Shown piece by piece: positions 8,076 through 10,071 of a DNA stretch of 10,071 nt. The notes beneath the pieces are model-generated. The model was not told where the DNA came from. It searched no databases and saw only the letters and a list, made by a program, of their open reading frames with translations. The number at the start of each line of letters is the position of its first letter. The first letter of the stretch is position 1. The DNA comes from Fidelibacterota bacterium (GTDB taxonomy: Bacteria; Fidelibacterota; Marinisomatia; Marinisomatales; S15-B10), in the NCBI GenBank assembly GCA_002729175.1, contig PBTS01000003.1, forward strand, positions 19,629-29,699, read 5' to 3'. The translations under genes and the position numbers were made by a program.

Positions 8076-8985
8076 ATCTCAGTTGGGCTTGAAAGATGTG
8101 GCCTGAACCTTCTTCAAGAATATAAACAGTATCCTTTCCCACAGCCATGTCGGAGACAATCCACTGTGTTAAACTTTCTTGTAGCACTTCAGTTTGACTA
8201 TCCTGACCTACAATAAAGAATTCACCTTTGGCAGTTCCCACAAGCCATTCGTTTCCCGTAGATTCAATAAATTTTAACTCCATATTCAGTGACCCGCGCC
8301 AGAGCATCCGGCCATTCCTACTCAGTACCAGATACCGGTCGTCACTATCTATGAGGCCAATCTCATTGATAGAGTTGATTGCCACTGAATTAATATCAAC
8401 AAACCTGTCTGTGCCATAGTTCTCTCCACCCATAACCGAAATGACAGTTCCACCCATATTCATCATTGTAAGGTCGGCTTCGGTGTCACTTGCTACCAAT
8501 ACTTCACCGGCGTGATTGCGGACAACCGCTGAAGGAAACTCCACTGGTCTGTCTGTTGAAAGAAGATTCAGTTCTTCCAGAAAGTTTAGTTGCCTGTCGA
8601 ACTTGAGAAGCCGGTGAGTATCACTGTCCACAATAAGAACATCAAGTCCCGGTGCGGCGGTGAGATCGCTGCCGCTGGTGAATAATTCATCTGTCTCACC
8701 CCAACCCCCTGCTATTCGGACATTGTCACCATCAGCCGGCAACCGAGCAATAAGCGACCTTTCTTCATCCAGTAGATAGAGATCACCGAAAGAGTTTACC
8801 GCCATCCGCATTGGCGAAAACTGATTGCCGGTGAGCTCTGGCGGAACCTGAATTTGCGTCCAATCGCTGAGCGTCACCTGAGCTTGCATTGAAGCCGTAG
8901 CAAGCAGCATCAGAAAGAGTTGTCTGATGAGGAAACCTGTTATTCTTTTTTGTCTAGGTTTCCGCTCCCGCGGCGGAATCATCAT
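8065..8985 (-). CDS. Secreted/periplasmic NHL-repeat (beta-propeller) protein
   Basis: Repeated blade-like motifs: FSPMRMAVNSFGDLYLLD, SDLTAAPGLDVLIVDSDTHRLLKFD, FPSAVVRNHAGEVLVAS, DINSVAINSINEIGLID and DMAVGKDTVYILE. The start is moved from 9069 to ATG 8985 (or 8982). This gives a basic n-region, a hydrophobic h-region and a likely MQA/Q cleavage site, and cuts the overlap with lgt to 32 nt. Confidence 0.75.
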   Translation of the reverse strand: MMIPPRERKPRQKRITGFLIRQLFLMLLATASMQAQVTLSDWTQIQVPPELTGNQFSPMRMAVNSFGDLYLLDEERSLIARLPADGDNVRIAGGWGETDELFTSGSDLTAAPGLDVLIVDSDTHRLLKFDRQLNFLEELNLLSTDRPVEFPSAVVRNHAGEVLVASDTEADLTMMNMGGTVISVMGGENYGTDRFVDINSVAINSINEIGLIDSDDRYLVLSRNGRMLWRGSLNMELKFIESTGNEWLVGTAKGEFFIVGQDSQTEVLQESLTQWIVSDMAVGKDTVYILEEGSGHIFQAQLRYVE

Positions 8986-9724
8986 GTGAGCCTTTTCCCA
9001 GTTTATTGATGAGAGTGATTCCAATAATGAACATACATATGGAAATAATTTGTGCACCGGATAGGCCAAAAAGATATTCGTTGTTAGTACGTATAAACTC
9101 GATCAAAAACCGTTCCGTTCCCACCAACATGAGGTAGAGTGAAAACCGTCTTCCATGGGGCCACGGCACTGTTCTCAATTTCCAGAGGATAGCAAAGATG
9201 CCAATTCCCATGACGGTTTCATAAACTTGAGTAGGATGAACAGGCACCAGTGTAGGCGGTGCACCTTTCGGAAACGTCATTCCCCACGGCAAATCAGTGA
9301 CAACACCGTAATCGTCTCCAACAAGGAAGCAACCGATTCTACCGATAGCATATCCCAGTATCAAAAGTGGAGAAACCATGTCTGCCCATGCCAGCCACGG
9401 TTCATTCTTTTTCTTTATGTAAAAAGTCACCGCCAGCATTCCCCCGGCAAGTCCTCCAAAAAATACAAGGCCAGACCCGCTGAAGATCATCCCCAAGGGA
9501 TCGATGGAAAAAGCACGGAAATTCTCAGCCATATAGTAAATCTTAGAGCCGACAATCCCACCAATAGCAGCCCAGAAAACAGCATCTCCTGCCATTTCGG
9601 GATCTTTTCCAAGGCGCTTCAATTCCTTTGTGAGAAGGTAATAGTCGACCATGAATGCTACCATAAGCATAAATCCATAGGACGGAATTTTGACGGGGCC
9701 GATTTCAATGAGATAAGGTATCAT
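8954..9724 (-). CDS. lgt: Prolipoprotein diacylglyceryl transferase
   Basis: Polytopic membrane protein with the Lgt motifs IGPVKIPSYG, GLVFFGG, AIGRIGCFLVGDDYG...LPWG, HPTQVYE and RFLIEFIR. The start is moved from 9751 to ATG 9724 (MIPYLIEIGP), which forms an ATGA overlap with the upstream stop. Confidence 0.93.
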   Translation of the reverse strand: MIPYLIEIGPVKIPSYGFMLMVAFMVDYYLLTKELKRLGKDPEMAGDAVFWAAIGGIVGSKIYYMAENFRAFSIDPLGMIFSGSGLVFFGGLAGGMLAVTFYIKKKNEPWLAWADMVSPLLILGYAIGRIGCFLVGDDYGVVTDLPWGMTFPKGAPPTLVPVHPTQVYETVMGIGIFAILWKLRTVPWPHGRRFSLYLMLVGTERFLIEFIRTNNEYLFGLSGAQIISICMFIIGITLINKLGKGSHDDSAAGAET

Positions 9725-10071
9725 GTCAGTCTGTTTCCACAGTTTGAACAAAAATTTGTACTACCATCGATCTTCGCTCCGCAGTTGGGACAGAAATTTT
9801 TTCCCTCCTTGGTCATAGACATTTTTTGTTTTTTTTCTGATTGCCAAAAAACCACACCGATAAGAACTACGACAATTCCGAGAATCGCATACGGCTCGTA
9901 GGTGGGAAGGCGGTACCGATTCACAACTCCGGCCTGAGGAGTGTCAGTCTGTAAATTCTGAGGTGGCATCTTTTCCAGTATGTCCTGTAAGATGTCAACG
10001 GTCATTCTTCCTGTCCTGTTGTTGTAAGAGAAAGAGAACTTTTTCGGCGTGCCGGCCGGGAGGAGCTGTGA
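9721..10071 (-). CDS. Membrane-anchored protein with a C-terminal zinc ribbon; 3' part only, open to the right edge
   Basis: The frame has no stop from 10071 to 10005 (SQLLPAGTPKKFSFSYNNRTGR then MTVDIL...), so the true start is probably outside the window. One TM helix (YAILGIVVVLIGVVFW) is followed by a Lys-rich linker and CPNCG-x9-CSNCG. Confidence 0.8.
   Translation of the reverse strand, partial: SQLLPAGTPKKFSFSYNNRTGRMTVDILQDILEKMPPQNLQTDTPQAGVVNRYRLPTYEPYAILGIVVVLIGVVFWQSEKKQKMSMTKEGKNFCPNCGAKIDGSTNFCSNCGNRLT

Noticed and set aside
1009..8419. Numerous short (61-109 aa) ORFs on the plus strand or in alternative minus frames
   Set aside because: All are nested within or antisense to well-supported long genes and show no family motifs.
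8925..8985. Twin-arginine (Tat) signal in the NHL protein
   Set aside because: The n-region is basic (PRERKPRQKR) but has no RRxFL motif.
8986..9069. ORF-track N-terminal extension of the NHL protein
   Set aside because: It would overlap lgt by 116 nt and bury the signal peptide. ATG 8985/8982 fits better.
9725..9751. ORF-track N-terminal extension of lgt (MFKLWKQTD)
   Set aside because: ATG 9724 gives a typical Lgt N-terminus and an ATGA overlap with the upstream gene.
9155..9901. 248-aa plus-strand ORF
   Set aside because: It lies antisense to lgt and the zinc-ribbon gene, has no recognisable motifs and has an atypical composition. Most likely a shadow ORF.

Overview
All credible genes in this window lie on the minus strand and come from a diderm bacterium. 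The gene content suggests the FCB supergroup (inference only). In transcription order they are: the 3' part of a membrane-anchored zinc-ribbon protein (open to the right edge), lgt with a divergent active-site signature, a secreted NHL/beta-propeller protein, a 1116-aa predicted outer-membrane beta-barrel protein of unknown function, a short Omp85 (BamA/TamA-like) protein, rnr (RNase R) and a DUF4837-like lipoprotein. After the only intergenic gap (135-240) comes the 5' end of an RmlD-like SDR oxidoreductase that the ORF track missed. The seven genes from 10071 to 241 all overlap at their junctions, which suggests one translationally coupled operon. The best candidate for an undescribed system is the propeller + large barrel + Omp85 trio. 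The large barrel has motifs resembling the T9SS translocon SprA at about half its length, so the trio may be an outer-membrane export or assembly module. I saw no mobile elements, CRISPR arrays or RNA genes.
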